A stretch of DNA of 64,000 nt. Origin: Lama glama (Eukaryota). The stretch spans positions 72,356,001 to 72,420,000 of the forward strand of contig CM052817.1 of NCBI GenBank assembly GCA_028534125.1, read 5' to 3'. This document shows, piece by piece, positions 11,271 through 24,460 of this stretch. Below the pieces are notes generated by a model, which did no database searches, was not told the DNA's origin, and worked only from the letters and a program-made list of their open reading frames with translations. Positions within the stretch are counted from its first letter, which is position 1. Each line of letters begins with the position of its first letter. The position numbers and the translations under genes are program-made.

Positions 11271-13199
11271 TATTGTGGAAGAAATGCTTATCTATTATTT
11301 CCAGTTATATATACTCAACAACCCAAAATAATCTAGCAAGATATGGTCAGCCACATGTTCCTGTGTGCCCATTTTCATGCATCCATATAATGATTTGTAA
11401 TTATCATCTCAATTTTATATACCTGCTATATAAAATGTTAAAAATAATTTATTGTCCTCGTCCTCTTGTGTGAATGAATTAATCATTCTCTTTACAGACT
11501 TACTTACAATAAAATTAATTGGTGGAGCAAACCAATTTCTTACTGAAGCAAACCTGAGCCCAGCTCATGACTTAATCCTCAAATATCAGAATTAATGAGG
11601 TTATAGCCAAATTTTAAAACGTAGTTACTGGCCGCCAAAATTCACCAATTACAATCCATCAATAAGAAAATTCATCAATTTTGTACGCAGTGAAGGCCTA
11701 TGAGACGTGGCTTGGCACTCATTCTGAATTTACTTTACATGTTTCATAATAATTTTATTTGTGATCCTTCTTGGTTTTCATAAATTTACAGTTTTCATAA
11801 AGACCATTAATGAAATATTTCATAGGGCACCGGGACAGGGAGCTCTTGCATCCTAGTTGGCCAGCTAAGTCATCTGCAGTCATACTAAAAGCCACAAAAT
11901 ATGCAGGGATAGCACCCACCATTTTCAGCTACTTGTACTAAGATTTCTGCATTAGATTGTTCCTCCTTCCTGTTAATCTAGGCTCTTATGGGCCTTCTTT
12001 TATTTTAAGCACAGATTCAGCTGACAGCCAGCACTTGTTCTGGTTTTGAATCAAACGCTGGCAGTGTTCCCAGAATATGAACCAGTTGTTTCTTCTACAC
12101 ACTCTCTCCTTGTCCCCCACCAACCCAACTGCTTTCAGAGCAACGTGCCGTAACCAAACTTACACCCGCTTTAATGAGAATTAAAGTGCATGAATCAAAG
12201 CAGTGCTTCTCAGGCAGCCACCGACTCTCTCTGGGGCAAATTAAGACAGTTGATACGCAATGTAGTGAAAGAAAAGGCAGAAAAAAAGTGTGCAGGAGAC
12301 ATCTCCTCTTTCAAACTGAAGCGCAGAAAGGATGTATGTATAAACAAGTTTTCCCTGAATTATCCATTCCTCCCTTTTTTTTTTTAGCTATTAGAAATCT
12401 CATCTAAGAATTGCCCTAACTGTTCTCACTGGAACTGATAGCAACTACCCTTTCATTCTTCTGATAATAACCTACACCTTAATTTCAACTTCCCATCCCT
12501 TTTTTTTGCTACAATGGGTCTTTAGTAGAACAGTATTTCTGCTCTCATGGTGAAGGACACCATAATCCATGTCTATTATGCACCCTGTTCAATAAGAATA
12601 CTTTCTAAAGTTCTGAGAGGATGTTTTCCTTTAAGGCATTCTTGGACAAGGATTTGGAGGACACTGTAATAGTAGGATCCTATAGAAATTTGAATTTATA
12701 CCATAATGCTAAGAGATCAATCATTATTTTCAGTAAGAAGCTTTTATGCATCTAATTCTTTTACATTATGAAACATCACTACTTAATTTAGCTTTTGAAA
12801 AATGCTGATTTTAGAATGTTCACATTTATAAAACAAAGAATGTAAGTAATATAAATATGTAATAAGAGAGGACTGATTAAACACATTATGGCACATTTAA
12901 TATATGATCATATAGGCAAAACTAGAGACAAGAAAGGACTTTGATATTTGACAAGGTGAAGATGGAAGGTTCTATTAGTTTCTATTTTACACACACACAC
13001 ACAGTTGATTGAAAGATTCACGTGCATGTATCAGGGTTGCATATTTAAACTCTGGTCCACAGATGGGAAATAAATATAACTTCTTTATTTTCTTCAAGTG
13101 ATCTAATTTCCTCACTATTTCCATGCTTCTGGGCTGAAAGAGATAGATAGATGGGGATAAATTGCTAATAACAATCAGGTTTTTCCAGTTTAAAAGTCG

Positions 13200-14070
13200 G
13201 ATCAAAAGATCCAGTACATTTGGGGAAAATGCTTAGTTAGTTTTTGGAATTTCTCTATTCTCCCTCAGATACCCATGTGCACTGATTCTCTCTAGATGAC
13301 ATATGGGTGGATGGAAAATTATATGACTTCCTGGTTGTTGAGGAGAAAGACTTCCTTTTCCCACACTGGCCTTTTATCTGTACTAACTTCTGCAGCTCAT
13401 TTCTCCCTGCCCTTGCTCTGGTGCACATTAAGGAGACACTGGTCCCATCTTCTCTCTTCGTGTTCCATGCTATTACCAACCCCTCCTGCTCGTGGCCTTG
13501 ACTACTCATGTCTTGTTTCAAAGTCCCAAATCACCATGCCCTCTTGGTCCATGTACTTTGCTTCTGCTGGTCCCCCAGCAAACCTTACAATGATATGTCC
13601 CTTCAAGGAAGCTCACTGGGATTTCTGGACCACAGTTAGCCTTCCAAAGGCCACGGGGAGCGAGAAGTCCTCTGTCAGGCTCACTTCCCACTGTCCATGT
13701 TCTGCTCCTCATCGTTCACCCTGCTGGTTGTGGTACCAAACTGGAGTTGGGCTTCTTCTAGCAGCTTGAATCATTTCCCATATTTGCCTAGGAAATCGAT
13801 ACTAGCTTCAATGTTCTCAAGATCACCCCACACCTATTCAGATGGCTCAACAGCAGCCACCTTCAAAATTAGTCCAAGGTGCAATGGGAATGGAATGCTA
13901 GCACCTGATTAATTCTTCCTGCCTCTTCATTTCTTCTTTCGGGCCCACTCTAGGCCGGAAGGGGTGGGCTTTCATTTCCTCCTCCTCTCTAAAAGGGGCA
14001 TCTCCTCCTCCTTGGGGGCATTAGAGCTCACAGTTTGCTCTTAATGATGGGAAAACCATACTCCTATACA
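13200..14070 (-). mobile_element. Ancient solo LTR, tentatively Gypsy-type (LTR85-like)
   Basis: Minus strand starts TGTATAGGAGTATGGTTTT...GTGAGCTCTAA...AGAGGAGGAAATGAAAGCCCACCCCTTCCGG. GC-richer than the flanks. Family is from memory and the 3' boundary is uncertain. Confidence 0.45.
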
Positions 14071-14167
14071 GGTAAGTGCTGCTTTTACTATCAATGTAGT
14101 AAGACAACTAGGAACTAGGGATTCCTAAAAACAGAAACACATCATTTACATTAAACATTCATCAGCC

Positions 14168-15088
14168 CCAGAAGACTTAAATAAGCAATTCTCCAATGAA
14201 GACATACGAATGACCAACAGGCACATGAAAAAATGCTCAATATCACTAATTATCAGAGAAATGCAAATCAAAACTACCATGAGGTATCACCTCACACCAG
14301 TCTGAATGGCCATCATTCAAAAGTCCACAAATGATAAATGCTGGAGAGGCTGTGGAGAAAAGGGAACCCTCCTACACTGCTGGTGGGAATGTAGTTTGGT
14401 GCAGCCACTGTGGAAAACAGTATGTAGATTCCTCAAAAGACAAAACACAGACTTATCATATGACCCAGCAATCCCACTCCTGGGCATATATCCACAGGGA
14501 ACCCTAATTCAAAAAGATACCTGCACCCCAATGTTCACAGCAGCACTATTTACAACAGCCAAGACATGGAAACAGCCTAAATGTCCATCAACAGATGACT
14601 AGATAAAGAAGATGTGGTATATTTACACAATGGAATACTACTCAGTCATAAAAATGACAACATAACACCATTTGCAGCAACATGGATGTCCCTGGAGAAT
14701 GTCATTCTAAGTGAAGTAAGACAGAAAGAGAAAGAAAAATACCCTATGATATCACTCATATGTGGAATCTAAAAAAAAATGACAAATGAACTTATATATA
14801 AAACAGAAACAGACTCACGGACATAGAATACAGGCTGTCCGTTGCCAGGATGGAGGGGGTGGGAAAGAATAAACTGGGAGTTCAAGATTTGCAGTTACTG
14901 AGTGGTATATATAAAACAGATAAACAAGTTTTTATTGTATAGCACAGGAAAATATATTTAATATATTGTAGTAGCTCACGGTGAGAAAGAATATGAAAAT
15001 GAATATATGTATATTCATGTATGACTGAAGAATTGTGCTGTACACCAGAAATTAACAAAACATTATAAACTAACTATAACTCAATTAA
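14168..15088 (+). mobile_element. 5'-truncated young L1 with degenerate ORF2 C-terminus and 3' UTR
   Basis: ORF 14306-14602 ([19 protein letters not shown]...[10 protein letters not shown]...TCTPMF...WKQPKCPS) is the L1 ORF2 Cys-rich C-terminus, bounded by premature stops. A-tail present. TSD AAA(C/A)ATTCATCAGCC at 14153-14167 and 15089-15103, with a TT/AAA endonuclease-type site. Confidence 0.97.
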
Positions 15089-15199
15089 AAAAATTCATCA
15101 GCCTTGTTATAAAGAGGCATATTTACATGCACATTTATACATAGGAGTAGAGACATATATATGTGCATAAGTAACATGTTGTATATTATGAAATGAACA

Positions 15200-15370
15200 T
15201 TATAAAATATTCATACTTTTATATTTATACATAATTTGTATTTTATAACATACCAAAATGTTATCATTATTCAATCTGAGCGATAAGATTATAAGTCATT
15301 TTTATTTTCTTCCTCATGTTTTAAATATACATTTTCTAAAATTAGTGCATATTATTTTATAATAGAAATA
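15200..15370 (+). mobile_element. L1ME-type 3' remnant
   Basis: ataccaaaatgttatcatt...gataagattataagtcatttttattttctt...catattattttataat resembles an old L1ME 3' end. Confidence 0.45.
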
Positions 15371-15859
15371 ATTTATCAAACAAGAAAATGCATTATTGCA
15401 AAACATTTATACATCAGGCTAAGAATTTGGTCTCTTTTAAGTAGCATTTTCCATAATATTTAAAATCTTTCTAGTTGGAGCAATAGCAAAATCACTTAAA
15501 AATACAATTTAAAATGTCCAAGGATTTAAATGTTTAAGTAATTCCTCAGGGTATTTATGCTGAGTTGGTCATGATATTTTACATTTTACATTTTACACTT
15601 AGCAGAGGTAGCCCTTGTTTCCCATTTGAAGATGGAAGCTCTGCATAGTTACCTACAGATGATGCTGGACCATTCCTCTCTCCAGCCTCCTGACAGCGGC
15701 CATCTAAGGGTATCATTAGTCAAGTGGGTTTAGCCTTTATGGGCAATCATCAAGAATGTTAAGTGGTGTCTACCAAGGCTGATCTGCATGTGGACTTCTG
15801 GATGTGTTCAGCTTCTCCCATTTGAAAATCACAACTCATCTTGTCATCTTCCTCCTCTA

Positions 15860-15860
<1 letters not shown>

Positions 15861-15896
<36 letters not shown>
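15861..15896. repeat. (AC)18 microsatellite
   Basis: Read directly. An imperfect AC/TC continuation runs to ~15920. Confidence 0.98.
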
Positions 15897-15899
<3 letters not shown>

Positions 15900-17609
15900 C
15901 ACATACACACACTCTCACACTTAATTGGATCAAGACCTCCAAGTACTCCAGTCTTGAAACCAAGTAGCCCCAATGTAAAGGTTTTCTTTCCTGTTTGCTC
16001 CTTTTGGATTGATAGCTTAGTTCTGTAAATGAATTTGCAGAGTCCCCAAACAAACTTGTGCTATGTATAAACTGTAAGTTGAAAACAATTTTTAACAGAT
16101 CTCTCAAAATTTGAAACTAAGCAAATCTAATGTGTACATTAAAATTTGTTTGGCTTCTTATCTTTAATCATTATTTTAACAGAGCTGAAGCTAATTCTAA
16201 ACTAAAGAGGTAAATCTCATGAAAGATCTCTGAAAGATCTGAAAGATGTGTTTTGGATACTAAATGACAGTACTAAAGTATGCTGAAAATAAAGAATATT
16301 TTCATCCTTTCATCTCAGTAAACATTAAAATACATAGTGTTCTGCCCCTCTAGACATCAAGTAGACTATTACACTATTCCATTTTGATTAAAAATTCTAG
16401 CTTTTGAAAACCCAAGATTATTTCCAGCAATTATTTGAAAATTCACTTTCTAGAGTATCTGCAGAACATCTTATATTTCACAGAGACCCACTTCTGGGAG
16501 ATAGCATGGAGAGAGGGGAGTAGAAACAAGTGCAGTTTGTGGAAAAGCAAAGCTTGATCTTGAAAGTTATGTCTTTTTCTTTAATGTACAACAATAGCTA
16601 TCTGGCATTTTAAGCACTGTGTTAAGTGGAAGGAAATTAAGCTGAATCCAGTATTTGCACTATTATTTGAACAAGGTTTTTTTGTGCTTTGGTATACAAC
16701 CTCGAAAATAAGTCTATCATTCCTGGGTGGTCACTGCAGAGACAGCTTCATGCATACAAAATATAAAAAGCATGCATGAAATATGCCAGTATATCAAATT
16801 AACATCTTGCAAACGCCCCTCTCCAAAATCCAGATGCTTATATTGCTTTTGACAGACTGTAGGCGGTAAAGTTTTAACTTTAAAGAAGGGGCTTTCTGTT
16901 TCTGTTTTCAAGTTAAAAATAATGAAAGGAAAACACACTGAAATTCCCACATTATTAAATAAAACATCTAAGTGGCCAGGGGCCAATCATTGTCACGCCA
17001 TGAACAAATGCCTTACGGTAATATGTTCCATAACTGTTTGCTAAAAACTACCAATTTTAACACATTTGCACATGATTAGACACCATAAAAAGTTGCTTAT
17101 TGAAGCCAGTGTCATAACACTGTTACTCATGCCCAAGGGGAGGGCAGCTTCAATGCAAACCTGAATAAGAAAGGTGGTGTGAAATAAGTTCCACGTTGTG
17201 AAAACAGATCCTAAGCAGATCTGCCAAATAGCTGACTGCATTCAATGGTCAGAAGTTCAAAACATCATCACGAGTCTGTGCAGGGCTAAGAAAATGTTAA
17301 CTGAAGAATTTTTGAAGCAATTAAAATATGCAAAGATAGATGCTTAACATTAAATTTTTGCAAAATCTTTTTGACTCCAGCCATTCATTCAGAAAATAAA
17401 TGCTTAATGGAAGGAGGGATTTGGGGCTGGCTTTCTTCAGGTGAGCTCTCGCAAAAAAATTTTTAAAAAGCAAAAGAAATCTTCTATTATATCTAACTAC
17501 TAGGATGCTAAGGGAAACAAAACAATGCAGGAAGAATTTTTCAAGTTTTAATACCATTGGAAGTTATGACTTCATAAAAACAAAACATAATAGAAAAGTG
17601 AAAAATGAA

Positions 17610-17898
17610 TCCAGCTACCTTTGGTGTTCCTTGGCGTCCTCTGACTCTCAACTGCATGACTGCAATCCCTACCTTCGTCATCATGCGATGCTCTCCTGTG
17701 TGTCTTTGTCTTTGCATGGCTGTCTTCTTACAGGGAAAAAGAAGTCATATTGGGTTAGGCGTTTATGCTACTCCAGCATGACATCATCTTGACTAATTAC
17801 ATCTGCAACAATCTTGTTTCCAAACAAGGTCAAACTCTGAGATACCTGGATTTAGGACTTCAACCATCTATTAGGGGCACATGACTCAACCCATAAGA
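17610..17898 (-). mobile_element. MaLR MLT1-type LTR fragment
   Basis: ggtgttccttggc...agtcatattgggttagg...ctccagcatgacatcatcttgactaattacatctgcaacaatcttgtttccaaacaaggtca...aggacttcaac...tcaacccataa. Confidence 0.85.
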
Positions 17899-18889
17899 GT
17901 ATCTGTGGAGTTAAAGACTCACAATTAATGACAGATAAGAAAGTGACAATAATTTCTTTATAAAGGAGAAAAATACTAATCAATTTAGAACTTGTGTTAA
18001 TTTATAGAGTGTTGTCATTAAACAAGTTTTGAGCATATATTTTTAAACTAAGGAAAAAGTATTTTTAGGTCTGGGTGGTAGATCTTTAAAAGCTTTATTA
18101 TTGAATTTTGATACCTGAGAAGAATTTCTAAACACAGTTGATCTGTTGAGTTTCTCTAATAGGCAATTTCTAGATGAATTAAATTTCCTAGATTTCTAAA
18201 AGATGCATGCCTCACAAAACTGGGCCCATACAGGTTGTACAGTTAAAAATAGTGTTAATTTTAAGGTACAGGCTTGGTTCTTTCACTCATGAAGTAAATC
18301 ACATACCTGCCACTTTCGTTTCTACACTTGTAAAATAGAGACTCTAAAGTTGACTCCATTCGGTTATTTTAAGACTGAAGATAATGTATAGAAAAATACT
18401 GTAAATAGTAAGACTGAATCCCATAAATTATTATTAGTACCATGCAGTTCATTTACCCCAGTATCCCCAAGCAACGTCCTACTAGGCACGCAAGGAGGAC
18501 GATCCAGAGAACTGCATATGGTATCCCCAGCCTTCATCTCATGGTATTCTTACTCTTCTCAAATACTATTCCAGTGGTTTCAGCATCTGGAATTTTATTT
18601 GGAAAGAGTGAATTTCCTCTTTATTCCTTTCTTTTTACAGTACAAACATCATATGTTTAAAGGTGGATTTTTTAGAAAAAAAATAGATTAAGAGTTATTG
18701 TAAAACATGTATCAGAAAGCCCCCATTGGCCATTGGGGTAACTTCTTATTTTTGGATTTTATCCCTTTCAGAACTTTGAGCTTCTAAGCACTATCAAGTC
18801 TTCTCGTGCTTCTGCTTGACCGGAACTGGGAGAGGAGGAGCCAGGGTGGGTCCACAAAGAGGCCAAGTGTGGTGCTTGAGCCAGTGCCA

Positions 18890-19325
18890 TTTTGTTTTGA
18901 ATTAAACAATTTTAAAATCAGGTATGGTTTAACCCCAACAGAATATACAGATGTTCTGTGTTTATTTCATGGAGTTCTGATAAATGTGAGCACTCATAAG
19001 TTCCCTATCCCTATTAAGATAAGTAAAATTTTTATCACTGTAGGTGGTACCCTGCAGAGCTTTCCAGTTAATTCTCACACACTTCAACTGGATCTCACTC
19101 CTCTGATTTCCATCATTATAGCTTAGTCTTGCCTCTTCTAGAATTCTATCTGATGGAATTATACACATAATTTTGATGTCTGGCTTCTTTTGCTTGAGAA
19201 CATGTGAGATTCATTATATTAGTGAATGTATCACTAGTCTGATTCTTTTTATTGCTGAGTATATTGCATTACATGGATATAGCACAGTTGGTTAATCCAT
19301 TTCCTTGTTTATGGGTATTTGAGTA
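18890..19325 (-). mobile_element. Old L1M (L1MC/MD/ME-type) 3' end
   Basis: ttagtcttgcctcttctagaattctatctgatggaattatac...tgtctggcttcttttgct...gagattcatt...ttctttttattgctgagtatattgcatt. The element appears to resume at ~21180-21330. Confidence 0.8.
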
Positions 19326-19329
19326 CAAA

Positions 19330-21170
19330 TTGAGACTCTGGTTTAATAATCTTTTCTCTTTTTGTGCTTCAGTTTGTATGCTTTGTGTTAATCTGTGCTC
19401 AGGTTTATTGATTCTTTCTTCTGTTCTTTTCAATGTCCTGTCAATCTCATAATTTTTTACTTCATATTGTCTTTGTATTGTATTTTTCAGATGAGTAATT
19501 CATTTATTTCTTTTTTATAGTTTCCAAATGTATCCTGACAGTTTTCATCTTTTTACCAATTTTACTTATCTTTTACTCTGGGTTTTCTAAAATTTTTATC
19601 AAAAATAGTTTAAAATCTTTAGCTGTCAGTTCCAACATTCAGGATGTTTGTAGGCCTGTTTCTGTTGACCGATATTTTTTTCTTGACTATGGTTCACATA
19701 TTTCTGTTTCGTTGCATATTATTATGATGTAATTATGTTATGATATCTACTTATCTTGTGTGAAACTCACAGAATTTAAGCTATGCCAAGTAGTTCAAAA
19801 TGGAGTTAAAGTGGCCAAGGTGAACTCCCATATTAGTTGTTTTGAAATGTACAGTTTAAGACTGTGAGTGACTTAAAGTGATAAATTAAGAGTGTTACTT
19901 TAGATAAGGAATTTGTTTGGCAATATCTGTGAAAATACTTCACTGGAACAGAAGGAGTAACAAGAGAGGCAAGACCCCCTGGAACATAACCATCACACCC
20001 TACTGGCAGATCCCTTAAAATGAAACCACTGAGCCAAGCAACTTGAAGGCTCTTTGCTGGAAGGCTCCCCTCCACGATGCTGAGAGCTGTTTCAGACACT
20101 GCCCGAGGCTCTGCCAAAACAGAACGTGGCTTCCTATTCATGCATGTGCAAGACCAGTTGCCAGCCTGGAGACCACTGCTCATGCTGAGATGCCTCCTTC
20201 CCGGATTCTTCTTGGAGTGGTCCATCACCCTCGTCTCTTCTCTCCCTACTTCAACTAACCTGTGTTGCATGCTAATTGTGTGCAATAAACTAACTGATTA
20301 GTGAATTGAAAATTGGATATGTTTCATATACCTCCAATCTCACCATTCTTACCTGACCTTACTGCTGGGCCTGCAACAAACACAGGACATTAATGATGTA
20401 CAGGACATTGTGGGTGATATGTTGTAGAGATTTTTTATTATGTCCTCGTTCTCTGAAGAATCTTGTTCTAACAGGCAGTTAATTACTGGCACACAGACTT
20501 GAACTTGTAGATACTTGGTTTTACAGTTTATTTTTGGGGTCTTGGGTTTTGATCGTAGTCCTGGGGAAAATCCCCTATTTCTGGGATGTAGTTTTCACAT
20601 CTAGAGTGTGGCCCTTCCAAGTTGTCAACTGAAAGCTTAACGTGCCAGCCAAGCTTCTGTAACTTGGCACGATTCTCACTTCAAATTCTGTTTTCTCTAT
20701 GGTAGGCAGTTGTTGAAAAATCTGGTGAATTCCCTTGGACTTCTTGGATTCTTGGATTCTTGCCAAAGTATGTGGAATTTAGTGGGAAGCCATGGATTTT
20801 AAGAAGACTTTTACTTACATTTTGGAGCTCTCTCCTCTGTAACTCTATTGTAACCAGAATTTTCTTCCTTAATTTCTAACTGTTTTTGCAGTTGCAAATA
20901 TCTCTTGCTTCTGTGGTCAATAAATCTGTGGCTTTCTGTTTAAGTTCTAGTTGATTCGTTTACATGTGTTGTGAAGTGCCCCCACAGAAAAAGCCATGGA
21001 CAGCCTATGTCTCATTCACTCTGTTTTTCATTTCTTTCTTTTAAGAGTTAAACAGAATATACTTTGTCAGATTTTGATGCCTTCAAATAGTTGTTTTTAT
21101 ATTTTGTCCAGAGTTTGCAATTATTCATTTTGGGAGAATTCTCAGATTTTAAGTCTATTGGGTATCATGC
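19330..21170 (-). mobile_element. Old L1M 5'/ORF1-region remnant, split by an LTR
   Basis: T-rich antisense L1-like text at 19330-19735 (tgtgcttcagtttg...ttattgattctttcttctg) and 20395-21170. Confidence 0.55.
19736..20378 (+). mobile_element. ERV(L)-class solo LTR
   Basis: TGT...ACA termini, AATAAA at 20284-20289 about 90 nt before the end, and a GC-richer body interrupting an L1 remnant. No TSD seen and family not assigned. Confidence 0.6.
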
Positions 21171-21470
21171 TGCTGTTTAATGTGAATTTTGTACTTACTA
21201 ATGAGGTTGGTAGATATATTTATTAATCATTTTGGGTTCTTCTCCTGTAAATTGTTGGTTTATGTTCTTTGCCCAGTTTTAAATAAATTATGTAGGTTTT
21301 TTTTTATTTGTAGGATTAGTTTGTTTTATATTTCTTAAGTCCATCTCAATATTAGGAGAGAACAATTGATAGCACATGTGGAGAAAATTACACTCAAACA
21401 ATTTATCTGTAGAACATGAGCAGGTTGTCAAAATTGCACCTACACTTTACCATTTAAGTTAAAATTGCAG

Positions 21471-21498
21471 ACACACACACACACACACACACACACAC
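21471..21498. repeat. (AC)14 microsatellite
   Basis: Read directly. Confidence 0.98.
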
Positions 21499-23186
21499 TT
21501 CCTGGATCACATCTTAGAATGTAGGTGTCTCTATAGAAATAAGAAATTAGTTCATTCATACAAGCTGTGATACAGATCAGATCTAGAGAGGAAGCAAATA
21601 CATCTGGATTTTCCATGTGAAAGAATCAGATTCATCATGAACTAGGGAGAAGAGGCTTTAGGTGATGCCTCTCTAGCCTGAGGATGTACAAACCCAGACA
21701 GAAATTTGAAATAATCACTTTTGCCTTTATTGTCCATTCATATCTTTCTCTGCTGCTCTGTAGTTTGAAGTCTTCTGGCTCCTCATATTTTCTGCTTCAG
21801 GATGGCTCAGTTCTCTGGGTTAGCCCTTAGCTCCCCACTCCAGTGAGCACTGAGATATATTGCTGTTAGGTGTCAAGAGAATAACCATGTGATTCACACT
21901 AATGTGAGAGCTTCTGATTCCATTCCAAGGTGGTGTATATATGAAAGGTTGTCAATGACTATTTGGTAAAATTGAAAAGAAGAAAGGGATATGTATTAAA
22001 TATAATAGTGCTAGGCACTAAGCTAGTATCATATGTTTTAATTTTTAGCTCTCAGAGTTCTTGTGAAAGAGATATAAATATACACATTCTTTCCACAATG
22101 TAGAAGCAAATTCAGGACATATGTGGTAGGAGATTGGCAGTTCCCACTTCTGTCTTCTGCCCATCAATTACATTACTAGGATGGGCTACACAAAAGACCT
22201 CTTTCTTGCCCTGATGCTTGTTGGTGCCACATGTCTTCCTGGTCTTCAAGGGTAGAATCCATCTCACGCTCTCAAGTCACTAAATTTGCTCCTATTGTTT
22301 ATCAGGATAGGAAGGAGTAAAAATTTGACACTACCTTTGGAAATTGTATCGATCATGTTATACATCAATGAAAAACTTTACAAATTAGAAATTATTTAAT
22401 AGCAAAAATCATTTTCAAATAATTAACTGTATCAGAGATGATCACAAATGCAGACAATATCTCAATAAAATACACAGTTGGGATTGTGTAGCAGAGCTAT
22501 CTATAAGACTGAAAACGGTCAGCTCAAATGTTGATGAAATTGTGAAGTTAGTTTGTCCTCCAACTCTCTTAAAAATTCTTTTCATGAGTTTCCCAATATC
22601 TCCTTGAAGCTACTCAATTTTATAAAACCCAAGTCAACTCAATTTAACAGAACTTTATTGTGTACTTAGTACAGCAGCCGGTGTGAGAGATTTTGGAGCA
22701 CAAAAAAGGGGACACATATTTCCTCCCTTAAGTTGCTTGCAGCAATGCAAACCTTTAAAGCAGGAGCAGCAAATTTAGATGTCTGGAAGGCTAGGCAAGT
22801 GACACGAAGCAGGTGGTGGTGGACTGGTTGGGAGTGTAGTAAATTGGAGAGCAGAGGCAACCATCTAATGGGGCAAACAGCCAGCTACTCATCTCCAGCT
22901 CATTACTGCCACACAGAAACAAGGCTCAGATCTTGCGGTTCTTTTTTTCTCAAGAGCATTTTTACATGAAATTTGAGTTTTAGTCATTGACAACAATTTT
23001 TTTTTAATTAGATACTAAAAAAAGTATTGCAAGTTGAGTGTGACATACAGGCTGAAAATTTTGAAACCACAACTTTGAAGTGTATGCCTGGACTAGTCAG
23101 CTCATTCCATGAGAATAATTAATCAATCCTTTTTCAAGCACTGCCATTCCACTGAAAACTATCCATGAGATCTGGGTTACCAGATC

Positions 23187-23520
23187 TGCTATAGATTGAA
23201 CATCTCTTTCCAAAATCCATCTGTTGAAGCCCTAATGCCCAACACTATGGTCCTTGGAGGTAGGGCTGGGGGAAGTAATTAGTTCATGAGGGAAGAGTCC
23301 TCCTGAATGAAATTGGCATCCTTATGAAAGGGACACAAGAGAGGTGATCCCTCAGCCAGATGGGGCTACAGTGAGAATATGGCCATCTGAAAGCCAAGAA
23401 GAGTTTTCACCAGGAGTGGTGCCAAAAGCTTGGATTTCTAGGTTCCAGAAGAGTGGGAGATAAACTTCTGTTGTTTAAGTCACTCAGCCTATGTATTTTG
23501 TTGTCAGCCCAAGCTAAGAG
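23187..23520 (+). mobile_element. MaLR MLT1A-like solo LTR
   Basis: tgctatagattgaa...ccaaaatccatctgttgaagccctaatgcccaa...ttggaggtagggc...ggccatctgaaagccaagaa...ataaacttctgttgtttaagtcactcagcctatgtattttgtt...gcccaagctaaga. Confidence 0.88.
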
Positions 23521-23559
23521 TCAAAATAAAATAACATTTTTTTTTCTACTTCCAACTTC

Positions 23560-24460
23560 CTTTCTACTCAGCAGCATTTGCCAAACGTGACCATTCCTTC
23601 CTTGTGGTGCCATATTTTCTTACCTTCCCTCCCAATACACTGGCAACCTCTTCCCGGTTTCCTATGTGGCTCCATCATTCTAAATGATGTTCAGATGTGG
23701 GTGCTACTCACCTTTGTATCTCCAATCTAGATTGTTCTTCTGTGCCTCACAACCATATAAACCACTTGTATGTCTAACAGGTACCTTGTCCAGAGATCTA
23801 CTCTTAATCTTCCTTTTACCTTATTTTCCTGGAGTCAGCTTCATTACAACAAACGGTATCAGTTGCTTAATCCACTCACTTCCTCAAGGTATAAATCTGA
23901 GATTCATCCTTGATATCTTCCCCTCAAATATGTCTGTTTCTCTCTATATTTACTGTGGCCACACTAGCCCAGTCTACCAGCATCTTTTATCTTGATCACT
24001 AAAAAAAAAAAATCGCCAAAGTTCTTCCTTGAATGAATCTTTGCTTATTCTCATAGAGTGAACAAAGACCTTTTAAAACTGTAAGTCTTATCATGTACTT
24101 CTCTATTTTAAAAACTTTAGTGGCTTTCTAGGATCCTTCGGTAAAATTCAAAATTCTTACAACGGGCTGCTGGTTCCGGGTGGTCTACCCTTGCTGCCTC
24201 TAATACCACATTTTGTCTTGCTCAGTGCCCACCACCCACATTTATTTCCTCCAGCAAACCAAGTTTCTCCCCATGTCTGAAATATAAGCATGTACACTAA
24301 AAGATTTAGAAAAAATTTCTCTGTCTAGCTTCCATAGGATTCATAAGGTATCTCAGCCCTTCAGCTAAGTTCTCCTAGTCTATGACAAGGTCAGAAGTCC
24401 AGTGAAATGTTGATAAGCCCCTGCATATATTATTACCTTATCCATCATGTAGAACATTCC
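23560..24460 (+). mobile_element. L2 fragment
   Basis: ctcagcagcatttgcca...gaccattccttcct...tgtatctccaatctaga...acttgtatgtctaacaggtacct...aatctgagattcatccttgat...ttttaaaactgtaagtcttatcatgt. Confidence 0.65.

Noticed and set aside
13296..13769. Longest ORF in the window (157 aa)
   Set aside because: Lies antisense within a probable old LTR, has no recognisable domain, and its Ser/Leu/Cys/Trp-rich composition is typical of chance ORFs.
14306..14602. 98-aa ORF with a CCHC-like motif as a host gene
   Set aside because: It is the L1 ORF2 C-terminus in a truncated copy, with in-frame stops on both sides.
19833..20285. 150-aa minus-strand ORF and overlapping plus-strand ORFs
   Set aside because: Contained in a solo LTR, with no gag/pol/env or host-protein resemblance.
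16220..20762. Short triple repeats (TGAAAGATC x3 at 16220-16247; CTTGGA(C/T)T x3 at 20734-20762) as array-like structures
   Set aside because: Simple slippage duplications with no spacers. Nothing CRISPR-like or prokaryotic is present in the window.
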